From Paraspadella gotoi (taxonomy: Eukaryota; Animalia; Chaetognatha), in assembly GCA_051294375.1 (NCBI GenBank), contig CM119271.1, positions 14,328,770 to 14,392,769 of the forward strand: a stretch of 64,000 nucleotides of DNA, read 5' to 3'. Both the position numbers and the translations under genes were made by a program. A model generated the notes under the pieces. That model did no database searches. It was not told where the DNA came from and saw nothing but the letters and a program-made list of their open reading frames with translations. Of this stretch, positions 46,376-59,769 are shown in pieces (positions within the stretch are counted from its first letter, which is position 1; each line of letters starts with the position of its first letter).

Positions 46376-46798
46376 TATTTTTTACAAGTATTTACTTTTA
46401 ATTTTTAATCATTTAAACCAAACCCACCCAATACAACTGAAAATTTAAAAAGAAAAATTACAAATTACAATAAAACAGGACAAAAAATGGTCGAGCATTA
46501 AAGAAAATACATAAGGTAGCCTAAAACATTCAACGCTCTCATCATCTGAGAATCGCAAGGAATGACAAATAATTTTCTCAAAAAAAAAAAAAAAAAAAAG
46601 TGTTACAACGCAAACGCAAAAAAATTTATTAAAGATTGGTTAAAAACAGTATATCCATTTTATGATGGCGATCAAAAAAGTAGTTGCGCGAGGGATAGGA
46701 AAGTGGACAAAAGAGTTTTTTCCACTCGATTCGATCCGCGCACTGAATCCACTCGCTCTCTCACTCTCTCTCTTCTAGCGCTCTCTCACTTTCCCCCT

Positions 46799-49730
46799 TC
46801 ACTCCAAAACGACCTCGGTGTCGTCTTCCCGATGAGGAATGAACCGAGTCTTCCTGAGCGCGCCTCTGGCCTCGGCGGCGCCCGTCTCTGTCATCTGCTC
46901 CCAGTCTTTGACCGACTGACCTACGACGAATCCGATGGCCTGTTTTCTTTCTTGGCTTCTCATCTCTTCAATGTCGGCCCATCGGACTCTGATCAGGAGG
47001 GAAGGGGAACGAAAGATGTCAGACATAAGAGGTGACGTTAACAAACTATAATTCAAATTTCAATCCCCTCTGCACCTTTTCTTGCCGTCCTTCTTCACTG
47101 GTCGATGAACAATCTCGGCCTCGAGGAAATCCTGCATGGAGATCTTCTTTTCTCTGTCTCCTTCAGCGGAAGTGTGGCGTCGACGTCTGGCGCTCAAACC
47201 GTCCAAAAGATCTGAGAAAAGTTGATGGTCGAGGAAAGATTAAAAATCGCCATCTTTGAATGGAGAAGAACGATTCAGTCGGCAAATGTTTGTTAAATTT
47301 GTTTTAAATAAATAAATATTAAAATTACACAAATCTAAAAATATTCATGAGTTTAAAATTAAAAATTACGTCTCATATTTATTTAAACAAGTGAAGACTG
47401 GATCGCAGAATAAACCACATGTGAAAAAAAAAACTGTTTAGGATAAATTTAAATGTTTTAACAGAATCTAAACGCTATCTTGGGGGTAAAATGCGTATAT
47501 CATGTCGACATTCACATTTAATGTAGAAGATCCTAATATGCGGGATGTTAATGTGAACCAAGCCACCCTCCCTCATCTAATAAAACAAAGCCCCCCCCAC
47601 CCCCCACCACACAAAGACAAAATAATTCCCTTCGCTCTCGCACAATCCCCCTTCCCCCTCGAGGCACCAGCTCTTACCGAGATTTGTCTCGGACACGTCT
47701 CCGTCCCATTTGCTGCGAATTACTTTCCTGAAATAACAACCCTCGTCCTCTTCCTCATCCTCTTCCCCATCTGCCCGTTGTCTTTTCCCTTTCCCCTTGT
47801 CCCCGTTTTCGTCGGCGTTGCCTTCGTCGTCGTCGTCCCCGTCGTCTGTGTCTCCCTTTTCCCCCTCATTAATTTTCTCTCCCTTTTTTTCCTCTTCCTT
47901 CTTCTCCTCCTCCTCCACGGCGTCCTCCATCTCCACTTCTTGGATATCGTCCTCCTGCAACAGAGTCCTGATATCGAGTTTAATCATGTGATCGGGAGTC
48001 TTTACCCAATTCGCGCAAATCTGGCTCAGCTCCTCCGCTGTTCGGCCGTGGACGTTGCGCTTGACGCAAACCCCAGCCTCGACGACCAGCTCGACGACGT
48101 AGACTTGGAATCCTTTGGATTTGGCGAAGCTCCAAAACTCTTCGAACTCGGCGACCTTTTGGAAGACGGCGTCGACGACTAGAAAAGGGAAGAACCCTTG
48201 CTCCACGTTCTTCTTGAACATCTTCAAGAGGCTCTTGTAGTAGGCGGGCTCCATGTCCGCGTCGTACTCGTAGACCATCGACGTCTTCTTCACCATCTTG
48301 CCCGTCTTAGGGTTCCGTTCCATCGTCTCAACGTCGGTGGAGAAGAAGTCATCGATGGAAAGAATCCGCGGCGCCGTCGCGCCCGACGACGACTCCGCCT
48401 GCTCCTTCTCCTTGATCAGTTTAGCCAAGTGGGACTTTCCGGCGCCGGGCGGGCCCCGCACGATGATGGCGATGTTTCTCGGACGCCGCTTCCGACCCGG
48501 ATCGCACAGGATGCTGTCTACCATCACCGTTTCGGCTTTGGGCGGTGGGGGAGGAGGTGGCGGCGTTGCCTTGGGGACGGGCGGCGTGGGTCTCGTTTTA
48601 TCGGCCCCTTTATCTCGGGAAGACGCAGGTGGAGATCGAGAACGACGATTCCGACCGGAGGTGCGGGAAGGCGAGGAGTCGCGTCGGCTATCAAAGATTC
48701 GTGGCCGGTCTTCGCACTCATTTCCTTGATCCCTCCCTCGCAAAACGCCGCGCGGGATCGGCAACGCCCTTCGCCGTCGCTCCTCTTTCTCCCGTTCCGC
48801 CTGCATCTCCCGTTCGATGTTGGCGCCATAAGCGTCGAAGGCGTCTTCGGGTCGTTTGGACACCTGAGGCGCCTGGATGTTCGGCAGAGAAGAGTTGGCG
48901 ACGTTTCCGGTGCCGGGATAATTGAGGATGTCGTTCAAAGCTCGATCCACTTGTTCGTCATTAAACTGATTCCTTCCGTGACCGTAGTCGATAGATCGAA
49001 CTGACGACGATTCCGCGACCGGCTCGGCCAGAGATGGCGGTGGCGGCGGCGGAGGCGGCAGATACGGCGCCGAGCGGGGCTGGTTTTGTTCGAACGCCGG
49101 TCCGCCGCCGCCGGAATTATAACCCGTCGAGTTCCCTTGGACAAAGCGAGGTTGATTGGCCGAGTTGGGGTTGGAGAATCTCGGGTTGTTAGGGCGGCAA
49201 GCGTTGGGCGGGTTGTTCGGATGGGAGGCGAAAGCGTTGGGCTGACTGTAAGAGTTTCCGGAGAAGCGGAAAGGTTTAGCGAAAAATTCGTCAAACGGAT
49301 TCGGGGCTTTGGCGCCGAATCGAGGGTTCGAGAAACCCCCGGCGGCGGAAGCCGATTGGACGCCGAGGAAACCGCCGACGCCTTGTGAATTCTGCGGCGC
49401 CATATGAGCATTCTGGTTTCTAAAGTTCAGGTTTTGTTGCGGCGCCATGGAAGCGCCTCCCCACGGACCCTGAAGCGGCATCATGGCTCGAGCAACGCCG
49501 AGTCCAGGCGCGCCAAATGGCGCTCCGCTCATTTGACCCACGACGCCCATGGAGCCGGAGGCGACACTCAAACCCCAATGAGATCCCATCATCCCTTGAT
49601 TGAAGCCGTGATTCATTCCTCCTCCTCCTCCTCCTTGAAGGAAAGGTAAGGAATAACCCTGAGGAAACATCCCTCCTCCTCCGCCGCCGCCGCCGCCCGG
49701 GCCCCCGCCGCGGGGAAATCCGTTGTACAT
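46799..49730 (-). CDS. YLPM1: YLP motif-containing protein 1 (ZAP3), P-loop kinase-like domain
   Basis: Gly/Pro-rich N-terminus; IDYGHG; RPRNIAIIVRGPPGAGKSHLAKLIKEKE; PRILSIDDFF; YEYDADMEPAYYKSLLKMFKK...GFFPFLVVDAV; C-terminal VRWADIEE...AIGFVVGQ..DWEQMT (PP1-binding RVxW). Confidence 0.93.
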
Positions 49731-50270
49731 AATCTTATAATTTTAAAGATTTCATTCGCCAAGACACTAAAAGTTGAAACAATGACAATGTATAAAATGG
49801 TTGTATAAAATTATGAGCGTATAACAAAAAATTGAGATCGGACAAGAATTAATCACGAGACGCCTGTGGAACTAAAAGCTACTTCCAAGACGAACGAACG
49901 AATAACAACGAATTCTGTTGAAACAACAACAACAACAAAAATTCAATTAATACGCAATCCTGACTTTTAATAAAAGCACAAGCTTCCAAGCTTAAAGACA
50001 GATGAAATGTTCTTCGAACGTTATAAAATATTGCGTGATGCGAATATTGCGAGCAGCAACTCGCTATATTGGCATCAGTCATCGATGAAAATTTTCTCAA
50101 TGTCGATGAAAGAATAAAACGTTGGCCGACATGAGTCGTTTACAAGCTAAGGCATCATTGAACGAGTAAAACGAACGACAGAATTTCCAACTCTGGTAGA
50201 CGTATAAATTAAAGTACACCATATAAAAAAAACTAAAAATTACTCCAAAGACTTTTTACTTCTCCATCTC

Positions 50271-51678
50271 TCACTCCATCAAAGCCTCCTCAAACATATT
50301 TTCCAGCTCGGAATTAATCCCTTCCAAATCGAGCGCCAATTCCCCCGTCCTGATTCTCTCCAGCAAAAAGGCTTTGATCCGACCCACTCTCTCGGCCTCC
50401 TCGGTCACTTCCGCCCCCGCTGCGCCCTTCAAACTCTTCATCCTTTTGCCGACGAGGGCGCGGAGCTTGACGTCCGCCTGGTGGACGACGTTGTTGAGGC
50501 CGACGGAGCGATCCTCCTCGCGACGCGCGTCCTCGTCAGCGTCGTCAACGAGAACGCGAGGCGCGACGACGTCGCCGGCGACGATGAGGAGATTGCGGAG
50601 AATCTTGTCGATCTCATTGGGAAGGTAGAGGTCGGAGAGGAAAAGGGCGGATGATCGCTTCTCTTCATCTTCCTCCTCTTCCAAAGGACTCTCTCTTTCC
50701 CCCGCTTCCCCATTCTCCTCTCCTCCAATCAAAATCGTCCAACTTCTTCTCTCCCAAGGATACATCTTCTGATTGGTCAGTTCCATGTTGGCCGCCATCT
50801 TTCCGATGACGTCATCGGTGACGCGCTCGGGCGAAGATCGACGAGCGTTGTGGATCTTGGCGTTGGCCATGGACACCGAGAGAAAGACCTGAAGAGGTTC
50901 GGTTACGTATCGGTGGAGATGAGAAAAAAAATTACCTCCGTGAATTAAACCTGAAGAAAACCGATGCGGTGTCGACGAGCCACTTGATAAAACTCGTATC
51001 TTTGGCTGCGAAGATGGTTGTTGTCATCGAGGATGACGAGCGTCGAATGCTGAGACGACGACGACGACGACGACAAAAAGGAAAAGTGAAAGAAGCAGCC
51101 GTTCCTGACGACGGCCTCTACGACTCGTCGAACGGCGAATGAGATCTCCTCGACGCGCGGGTTCGATTGGACGGCTTCCGCGGCGCCTTCGTGATTAACG
51201 GCGACGGAATGAAGAAAGTCGCGAATTTCGTCTCGCGATTCGAACCCGATTTCCTTTTCTTGGACGACGACGGCGTCGACGATGGCGACCACCGCTTTTC
51301 TGAAGGACTTGGTCCGTCCGGTCATCGGCTCGGAACTGCTCTCGATCGCCGGCAGAAAATCGTCATAGTGGAAATGGAAGACGTCCACTCGACCTGAAGT
51401 GATTGGAGAGAGAGGCTCTAGTTGATGTCCAATGTACAATTGTACATTTTAAACATGATAAAATTTTTTTTTTAACTACTTTAAAAGACGGTCGATTTCC
51501 TAACCTTACATAATCGCTCACCGGAAAGAGATCCTCCCGAGGACGGGAGCTTCGCCCCCAGACCCGCCCCGACATCTGCGTCCGCGATTTGCTCCAATCG
51601 CGCCAGGAGATTCTTGACAAAGGTGGTTTTTCCGGCGCCGGGAAGACCCACCAGGGGTATCAGAATCACATTAGACAT
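50271..51678 (-). CDS. PSTK: L-seryl-tRNA(Sec) kinase
   Basis: LVGLPGAGKTT; HFHYDDFLP; VILDDNNHLRSQRYEFYQVARRHRIGFLQVFL; HNARRS...VTDDVIGKMAANMEL...YPWERRS; VHQADVKLRALVG. Confidence 0.88.
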
Positions 51679-53351
51679 TTTAACAACATGGATTCTGGAG
51701 TTTGTATTTTAATAATTAAAGTTTTAACTTTTTAAAATTTTGACCGATTTTGAATATGGATACGATGACCTTTTCTGATCCAGTGTTGTTGTCATAAATT
51801 TCTTTGACTAAAAATAGAAGAGAAAAGAGAATAGCGGTAACAGGGAATCAACGTAATGGGGAAAACTCATTTTATTCAAAAATCACAAATTTTTTTACTG
51901 AGTTAAAAGTTAAAACTAACGACTTCTTGTCCCAAACCACAATAAACAACTATGTTGTAAACTTATTTAAAAGCATAACTTTTATTTGATAAATTTGAAA
52001 GTACTGGTGCAGTGGTGCACTGACGAGGGTTGTTACTCAAAAATAAAAAGTTTTGTACCCAGTTGTATAGGGACTTACATTTATTTCTAAAAGCTAATTA
52101 ACTTCTAAATCTACAGATCAACGAAAACGCGAAATGACGCGCAACAACACAAACTTTCGAAAAGCATCGCCTCAAAATTTGCGTCGATCTGTAAATGTTT
52201 CTTGTTGTCCAGCTATTGCTTTTAAAATTGAAAATACTCACCCTAAAATTTAACGGCCGATTTTGGAAAGGTTTTAAATTTATTCTTTCTGTCGCTAGGT
52301 TTTAAAATAATTTATATTTGGGCATTGCTTTTTAAATTTGGCTATTATGCATCCGAATAAGGGTGCAGAGCTTGGTGGATTTAGAAAAAAAATAATATTT
52401 TTGTGTAACAAATGCGGTAATAATTATAATAATAATCGTAAAATGCGAAGTGCAAATAGAAAATAAAAACGTCGTCAGAATATAATTCCCGACTGATAAA
52501 AGTAGAAAGGTGAATAAGGCACAATGACGAATATTCGTAGCACAGCAACAACAAAAACGAACCTTTAATTTCTCTTTTATATACATATACAGCTTAGCTT
52601 CATTCATAGTACCTCATTGAATATCTTTTTTAAGTATTACTGTATTAAGTCTGTATAGCCTTTATTAAAAAAAAAAATACAGCCTTCCAAAACTAAATAT
52701 TTTCACTGTTATTTTGGGTTCTTTTTCAAACGTCATTTATGTTTAATTTTAATAAAAAAAAGTCACATCATCGTCATTAAAACGGTAAAAAAACATAACA
52801 GAGAAAAAACAGAGAAACAACACTAAAAGAAACAGAAGTAGCCATGCAACTAGACAGACGTGAAACGAGACTAGAAGAGAAAAACTGGAGGGCAACTTGT
52901 ATCCGAGTACATGATATTGGTGTTAAAGTTGGTTGACAACGAAGGCGTAAACGGTTTCATCCTTCACATCCTAAACATGAATTCATAATAATAATAATAG
53001 TAATAATAATAATAATTTTTGGCCGAAAAAAGGAAAAAAAAAAGAATTCGCCGTGACGAAAGGAAGCCAAACAGTTTCGCAAAGCGTATCGAGGCGGCAT
53101 GCGCGTCCACGCTTTAGGCTATAATTTATTAATATCAATTAATAAACTTGACTATTTAGCAGCGAACAAACTTCCATGAATATATTATTTTTTTTAAATA
53201 TATAAGTCGTGAACGCAATGAGAGCTTCGCGCTCTTTTTTCGGACAAAAAGAACGAACATTAAATTCAATCATTGACTGTATAACAAAGTGTTAGTAGTG
53301 CGATTAATTAGTTGTTGCGACTTTATTTAACTAAAGGTTTTTCGATCGACT

Positions 53352-53415
53352 CTATCTCTTGACTTTGAGGGTGGCGCGCTCGGCCATCGGCGGCGAAGCT
53401 AGCGGGGAGATCTTG

Positions 53416-53452
<37 letters not shown>

Positions 53453-54416
53453 ATGCGGAAGACGACAAAGAGGACGAAGAGGAGATGCGCGGCGGATAAG
53501 AGGATCGAGAATCAGGTGAGGTCCGGCTTAACTGGAATTAAAAAGGATATAGAATAACGAAACGAAACGAAACGAAACGAAACGAAACGAAACGAAACGA
53601 AACGAAACGAAACGAAACGAAACGAAACCTGGTGATGAGGATACGCCCCGTTTCGAAGGCCACCGTTGGGGACGGATGTGATGTAATTTGTCGGTGGCGC
53701 TTGAAAAAAAAAAAGGATTGGGACGTCAAACAAGACGAAGCATTAAATGTTCGAGAGTTTCTACGGAGATCTTTGCTCACCATTGACGGAGTGAATGAGA
53801 GCGAGTCTGGCCATGTGGCACCCGTAGCAAAGCAGACGCCCGTCCAAAGGGTAGCAGCGTTGGTCGGGTTCGTCCGTCAACTGCATGTTGCAATCTTCGC
53901 AGTGGTAACAGTCCACATGGAAGTCCCTGTGAAAAAAACGAATGATAATCTAAATCTTTTACTAAATATAGTCTTTCTCTCTAAACTCACCTTCCCATGG
54001 AGACGACTCTGACGGTTTCCCCCGTCCCGTCGGGCACTGGGGTGATCGGTCCACCGCAGGCGTGACACTTTGGGGCAAAGACGGCGTGGTAGTCGGCGAC
54101 GCAGTAGACGCGCCCCTCGGGGTCGACGGTGAAGGGGACGCCGTCGAGGCACTCTTGACAGGTGCAGCACCTGGTGAGAGGTGAATAATGAGGACGATTA
54201 GAACAACAGTCCAAAGAGCAAGGCAGAAATGCCTTCCTTTTTACCTGAAGCATCCGGGATGATAGGACTTCCCCATGGCCTGAAGGATCCGCTCCATGAT
54301 CGGATGCTGACAAACGGCGCACTTGTCGGCAACGTGGTGAAACCCAGAGTAAAGATAATTCTTCTTCGCAGTAAACTTTGCCGCTCACGTCGTAGAAGTT
54401 TTTCCCCTGGAAGGAC

Positions 54417-54447
<31 letters not shown>

Positions 54448-55322
54448 AATAAAAATCAATGTAAGAGATGATAATTTAATATGATCTTAAATGAGATTGA
54501 ATTTCCCAATCTCATTTACATATTTCAGTATTAAATCTAAATGTGTCTTAATTTCATTTTGGATTTTGATATTAGTTCTGTTTCTATATCAATACCGTTA
54601 ATTCCATTTTCAATCCAAGTATTCTTCCGTTATACCTGAGCGTTTTGGCGCAAGAGTGGCAGACGAAGCACGATGTGTGGTAGAGGTTTCCCATCGCCTG
54701 ACACGCCTCCGAAGCGCCTGTCACTGGGAGACCGCAGGCGAAGCAATTCCCGAAAAACTCTGGCAAATAAAATGTCAAGTTCGGTCACAATTTCGATTTA
54801 CGAATCTCCCTCTTTTCCAATTATCCCTCAATCAAAGTCATTACCTCTTCCCCCCGTCTTTTACTTACCTTTTCCCATCGACATCGAGGAGGGAGCCCCA
54901 CCGGCCGCCTCCTTCTCCATCTCCTCCTCCAACTGCTTCGTCAACGCCTCTAACTTCCGCTCGGCTGCGCTCGGTCCCGGAGTCTTCGGCGGCGTCACCA
55001 TCATCGGCAACATGACGCGTCCGCGGACTTTGGGCGCGACCGCGGTGGCGACGCCGACGCTCTCCGCGCCGCCGCCGGCGGAAGTAGACAGCGCGATGGC
55101 TTTACCGGGCGTTGCACGATAAGCCGAATGTACTGTGGCGCCGTGATCCCCGGGATTTTTGTTGTTGTCATCGCTGTTGTTGTTGTTGTTAAAGTTTTTC
55201 CGAGGGTTGGGGGCGTGGGAGTGATAAGATTTATGATTGGCGGAGTGATTGGCTGGGTGATTGGCGGTGGAGAATCCGAGGATGGCGGAGCTCATATCGG
55301 TTCGATGATTTCCTTGATGCAT
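53352..55322 (-). CDS. WTIP: Ajuba/LIMD1/WTIP-family LIM protein (3 LIM domains)
   Basis: [21 protein letters not shown]; [36 protein letters not shown]; [15 protein letters not shown]; [16 protein letters not shown]...[34 protein letters not shown]; [14 protein letters not shown]. One apparent +1 indel near 54357. Confidence 0.9.
53556..53628. repeat. (AAACG)n pentanucleotide microsatellite at a WTIP intron donor
   Basis: About 14 tandem AAACG units. Confidence 0.9.
54460..54583 (+). repeat. Dispersed TGTAAGAGAT repeat copy in a WTIP intron
   Basis: Matches 32510-32632 (-) and the start of 10370 (+). Confidence 0.8.
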
Positions 55323-55739
55323 CGCTCGGAACCGCGGGAAGAAGAAAGGGACGCGTGATGACGAAAAGAACGAAGCGATTCAAAGGCAAAAGTGAATAAG
55401 TATCGCGCGGATATTAAAAGTGGAAGCTGAGGCGCTTTATTTCCAAATTAAATTTCTCGAGACGGCGACGACTGAAAAAGACTGATTCTCTCCAAATGAA
55501 ACGTCGACGCTTCTTTTTTTTTTTGCTTTAAGTCCCGTTGCTTCCCATTCAACGACAAATTTCTAACCCAAAATCCCCTTTCCGTCGATGTTATTTAACC
55601 TAAAAACGGAAGATAAACCTGAAGCAAGATTTCTTGGTATACCTAGAAAACGGGGAAACAAAAAACTTTGGAAGCTAATCTGAACAAATAAAATCGACTG
55701 CAATTTGAAAGATGAAAGTTCAAATTCTCGTCTCTTGGA

Positions 55740-56509
55740 TCAAGCCGCGGTTTCCATGGCCTCTTCTTCGTATTTGCCTTTGGCCTTCGCCATGGCCTCC
55801 AACTTGGCCTTGGCCCGTCTGTCCAAGATCTTCTTGCGATCCTTGTCCAGTTTGAGCTTGACGATCTGTAAGTTCGACGGGTGGATGCCGACCTGGTAAT
55901 AGAGGGGGGAACGAGTCATAAAATATTGAAAGAAAAGATTAAAAGTTAGTTATTTTTGTATAAACAGTCTCATTGGATAAATATAATTTAACTTTACCGG
56001 AACAGTGGCGCCATTAGCCTTTTCTCGCTGAATTCTCTCGATATAAATCACGTACTTCTTTCTGTAGACCTACAATTAAAATAAACGGATTTCAGTCATA
56101 AGTTTTTTTACATTTTAACCAATGAAATAAGTACAACCCATATAAATAGTTAATAAATATCAATTGTTTTATCAAATTTGAATTTTAAGCCTAACCAGCC
56201 TACCGACCTGAGTGACCTTGCCCGTTTGTTGACCCTTGTAATGACCCCGAGTGACGATGACCTCATCGTCCTTCCTGACGGGCATGCTGCGCACATTGTA
56301 CTTTTGTCTTAAGTCCTTCGACAAGGGGGCGCTCATGATCTTGCGGCGAATGTGCGACGGCGCTTGAAAGTGGCGTCGCCTGGAGAAGAGAAAGATATAT
56401 TAGCTTTGTTATAAACACTAGTCTACAATAAAATACATTAGCGTTATAATATAAGTAAAAGAAACCTGTTCTTTCTTCTGGACGAAGAGACGAAAGGATT
56501 GAGCTTCAT
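55740..56509 (-). CDS. RPL26: 60S ribosomal protein L26 (uL24), 4 coding exons
   Basis: [15 protein letters not shown]|[40 protein letters not shown]...|[24 protein letters not shown]|[23 protein letters not shown]...METAA*. Confidence 0.98.
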
Positions 56510-57140
56510 CTTTTTTTTTTTTTAGTTTTATTCGAAAATAAACTTATCAATAAAAATCTGTAAAAACAAATGTAGTAGTAAACGATCATGAGGGAGAAAA
56601 AAAAAATTCATTTTAAAGGAAAAAATTAAGAATTATGAGCAGTAAATCGCGATGAAAATGAAAAAAATATACGTAAACAGAATTCGTTTAAAATGAAGCT
56701 TTTTTTTAATCAGTTATTATCGTTTTTAACTAAACCATAATGCTGAATTTAAAAAAAAATCGAATAAAAACATGAAACAAAAAAAAAAAAAGTTTTTGAA
56801 TGGATGCTAATTGAGACTAGAAGTTTATAAGTTTCCGTTCACGATGCGACAGAGGAAAAACGATTTCTTCTATTCGTAAAAGTGTTTTCTTGCAATATTC
56901 CTATTACATACTATTCAATACAACGTCCTATTCAATTCAAAAACGACAGGAATTTTGAAATGTAACGAAAATGTACGGATAAGTTTCCGTACGGAATAAA
57001 AAGTGTCGATTTCGAGCTACGAAGGGACTCGAGAAAGAGAAGTAAAAGGGTTAAACTTAAACAGAGAGAGAGAGAGAGAGAGAACGAGAGGGAGTCAATT
57101 GAATACCTAACAATGAGAAAACGAGCCTTCGTACGGAGAA

Positions 57141-57251
57141 AATCCTCACGTTATCGCCCCCATATCTCCGCCCATTTAAATTAATTAATTTAATTATTAA
57201 TCAATTTAATTAATCCTCACGTTATCGCCCCCCATATCTCCGCCCATTTAA
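57141..57251. repeat. Direct duplication of a ~39-bp unit (AATCCTCACGTTATCGCCCC(CC)ATATCTCCGCCCATTTAA) separated by a TAATTAAT-rich spacer
   Basis: Two near-identical copies at ~57141-57179 and ~57212-57251, between MLEC and RPL26. Confidence 0.85.
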
Positions 57252-57805
57252 CTTCCTCGACCGAAAAGGAAAAAAAAAGGAAATAGGAGATCTGTAGCTT
57301 TGAACGACGACGCCGACGATCCATCGATCCAACAATGAATGAGTTTCTTTTCTTAACCTCACAAAGAAATCCAGAACTTTATTCCAGTTCTTCCCCATTC
57401 ATCTCGAAGCCGTCACACACCTCGAGGTGGCGTTAATATTGACTACTCGCCGTGAGCGACTTAATACTCACAAAGCGCCCGTAGTTTGATTTGCAAGGGG
57501 GGAAAAAAAAGGTAAGTATTTCAAATTTATCTATCGTCTCCCAATACGCTCAAAAAACCAAGAATAAATATTTGTAACGTGAATTTATTACGTTTTCTCG
57601 GTCGCTACGGAGACAACAGAAACTAAAACTATGACATCATCGAAAACACGAAATTAATGTTAATTCGTTTGACGCCAAAGCCAAACGGATTGGCGAAACT
57701 ATTATGATGCATTTGAAAAAAAAAATCACCTTGACCGAAATAGAGAACACAGAACCAGAATTATGAAGGAACGAACATTACTGCACGTCACAGTAGACAC
57801 ACTTT

Positions 57806-57810
<5 letters not shown>

Positions 57811-57897
<87 letters not shown>
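57811..57897. repeat. (CT)n microsatellite in the malectin 3' region
   Basis: About 43 CT units. Confidence 0.95.
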
Positions 57898-57899
<2 letters not shown>

Positions 57900-57939
57900 C
57901 AACCTCGTCACTCATTCTCCCTCTCATGTCTTTCCTCGG

Positions 57940-59769
57940 CTACAACTTGCAAAGACAAAAGAGCAAAGGGATGAAGGCGCCGATGGCGACGAGAAGAGGA
58001 AGCAGCGTCGTCGTGTCGTCGGCGGCGTAAGGATCCGCCGCTTTGGGTCCCGACGTCTTGTACTTCCGGTCGCGACGCTGCTGATCCTGGCGATGGCGTT
58101 CGGGAGTTGGCGCTTCGAAGTCGGTTTCGTCATCGGCGTCGTCGTCGTCTTCGTCGTCGGAGGATGATTGCACGTCGCGGCGACGATCGCGTTTCGCCTC
58201 TTTATTCTATTAGGGAGAGAGAGTGAGAGAGAGAGAGAGAAATGAACAACTTAATAATTTCTAAATCCAAATTCTCTTTGAAGTCGAATAAAAAAACCGA
58301 CCGCGTCGGAATGTTCCGTCTTGAAGGGTGCGAGTTGAGGGACTTGGCTCGGCGTTCCCTTGACAACCAAAATAGCGTTGATCTTGGGATTGTCTCGTGA
58401 TCCTTTGATGAACTCCACCCGCAACGTTCCATCAAACGAAGTGTCTTCGCCCTGTTATCCCAAACGGATGATCGTGAATACCATATAAGATTTATCGTAT
58501 TTATTATCTTGTGATTAATAAACAAAGATGGAACAAAATTCGAATAGGCTGTGATCGAAAAGACGCATAATCTTTACCAGAAGTTAGGATTAGTTTCTCG
58601 CATTCGCTTTTTTGTATTCTCTACGTTCTCTCTTCTACTTTTTTAAAATAATTATATTATTTAATAATATAATTTTTATATAGAAGAGTTTGAAATGAAT
58701 TTTCAACAACGATTTTATTTTAATAAAAAACGGACATATTTTTTAATGCTGATGAAGGCTTGTAGTCAAGCCGAAACATGCCCGTTTTTTATTAAAATAA
58801 AATAAAATTCATTTCAAACTCTTCTATTTATTACACAACGAAAAGAAAGGATTATACCACAATTTTTATTTATTAATTTATTACAAGTTTCATAAAATTT
58901 TCAAAATTCTTTCCTAAGTTTCTATAAAATTCCTTTGCCAAAATATTAATTTTAGGGACCTGAACTTTGAGCATTCCGTCGGCGACGGTGAAGGGGACGA
59001 GCTCGTCGTGAGCGACGCCGTGACCAACGATGGAGAAGATGTCCAAGTCGCTGACGACGACGTGTTCGCTGTTGACGACCACATCGAACACTTTCTGCCC
59101 GGGGCCGTTGAAGTACACTTCCGAGAATTTTAACACTGCATGAGATAAGAGCGATAAGAAACGAGCTCATTTCTTTCTAAGCATTCTGTATTATCTTTTT
59201 CGTTCTTGACATTCCATCTTGGCATTCTTTACATTCGTTCCTGGCATTTTTAACATCCTTTCCCATTCACTTTCCTACATACCCAAAACGTAGTCGCCGT
59301 CCTCCTTGATAGGAATGTTGTACCCAAAGGTTTGCGTGTGGTATCGCTCCGTCTGGTAGAGTACCTGGTCGTGCGGGTGGACCCTGTGGATGCTCAGTTG
59401 TTTCCCGAAGTCGGAGGCGATGCCCACGTGACTGGACAGCGGATCTCGTTTGTAGGCGATGCCGTTGACGTCGGTGTGGGCGTCGCCGCCGGCGTTGATG
59501 GCGTATATCACGTTGGACGATTCCAGGCCTTTTGTGAAATTGTCAAAAAAAAGAAGTTTGGGAACGTGAGTTTAAAACAAATTTAGCCCCGAATGTGACT
59601 CACCTCCGGCGGCGCCAGGAAGTAGCAGAGAAAAGAGATGTAAGTGAAAGAGGAGGAGGAAGAGCGAGGACGTGAGGCGGCGGCGAAACCCGAAAAGGCG
59701 GTGGGAGGCGAGAGGCGATGATGGGTCGCGAGGCGTCGTCGTCGTCGTCGTCGTCCGCGTCGAGATCAT
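57940..59769 (-). CDS. MLEC: Malectin (ER lectin)
   Basis: Signal peptide; [20 protein letters not shown]...[10 protein letters not shown]...[11 protein letters not shown]; [18 protein letters not shown]...[16 protein letters not shown]; [16 protein letters not shown]; [13 protein letters not shown]...TM...[10 protein letters not shown]. Confidence 0.96.
58680..58827. repeat. Inverted repeat flanking the hammerhead motif in a malectin intron
   Basis: ATAGAAGAGTTTGAAATGAATTTT...TTTTATTTTAATAAAAAACGGACAT / ATGCCCGTTTTTTATTAAAATAAAA...AAAATTCATTTCAAACTCTTCTAT. Confidence 0.85.
58745..58786 (+). ncRNA. Minimal type I hammerhead ribozyme remnant (Penelope-like), cleavage triplet mutated GUC->GCC
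   Basis: AATG-CTGATGA-A-GGCTTG-TAGT-CAAGCC-GAAAC-AT-GCC-CGTT: conserved CUGAUGA and GAAA cores, perfect 6-bp stem II, palindromic mini stem III and AAUG/CGUU stem I. Confidence 0.65.

Noticed and set aside
46799-51678. Adjacent P-loop kinase-like genes YLPM1 and PSTK as a functional pair or tandem duplication
   Set aside because: They belong to ancient distinct families with no similarity beyond the Walker A motif; adjacency is explained by the general cluster.
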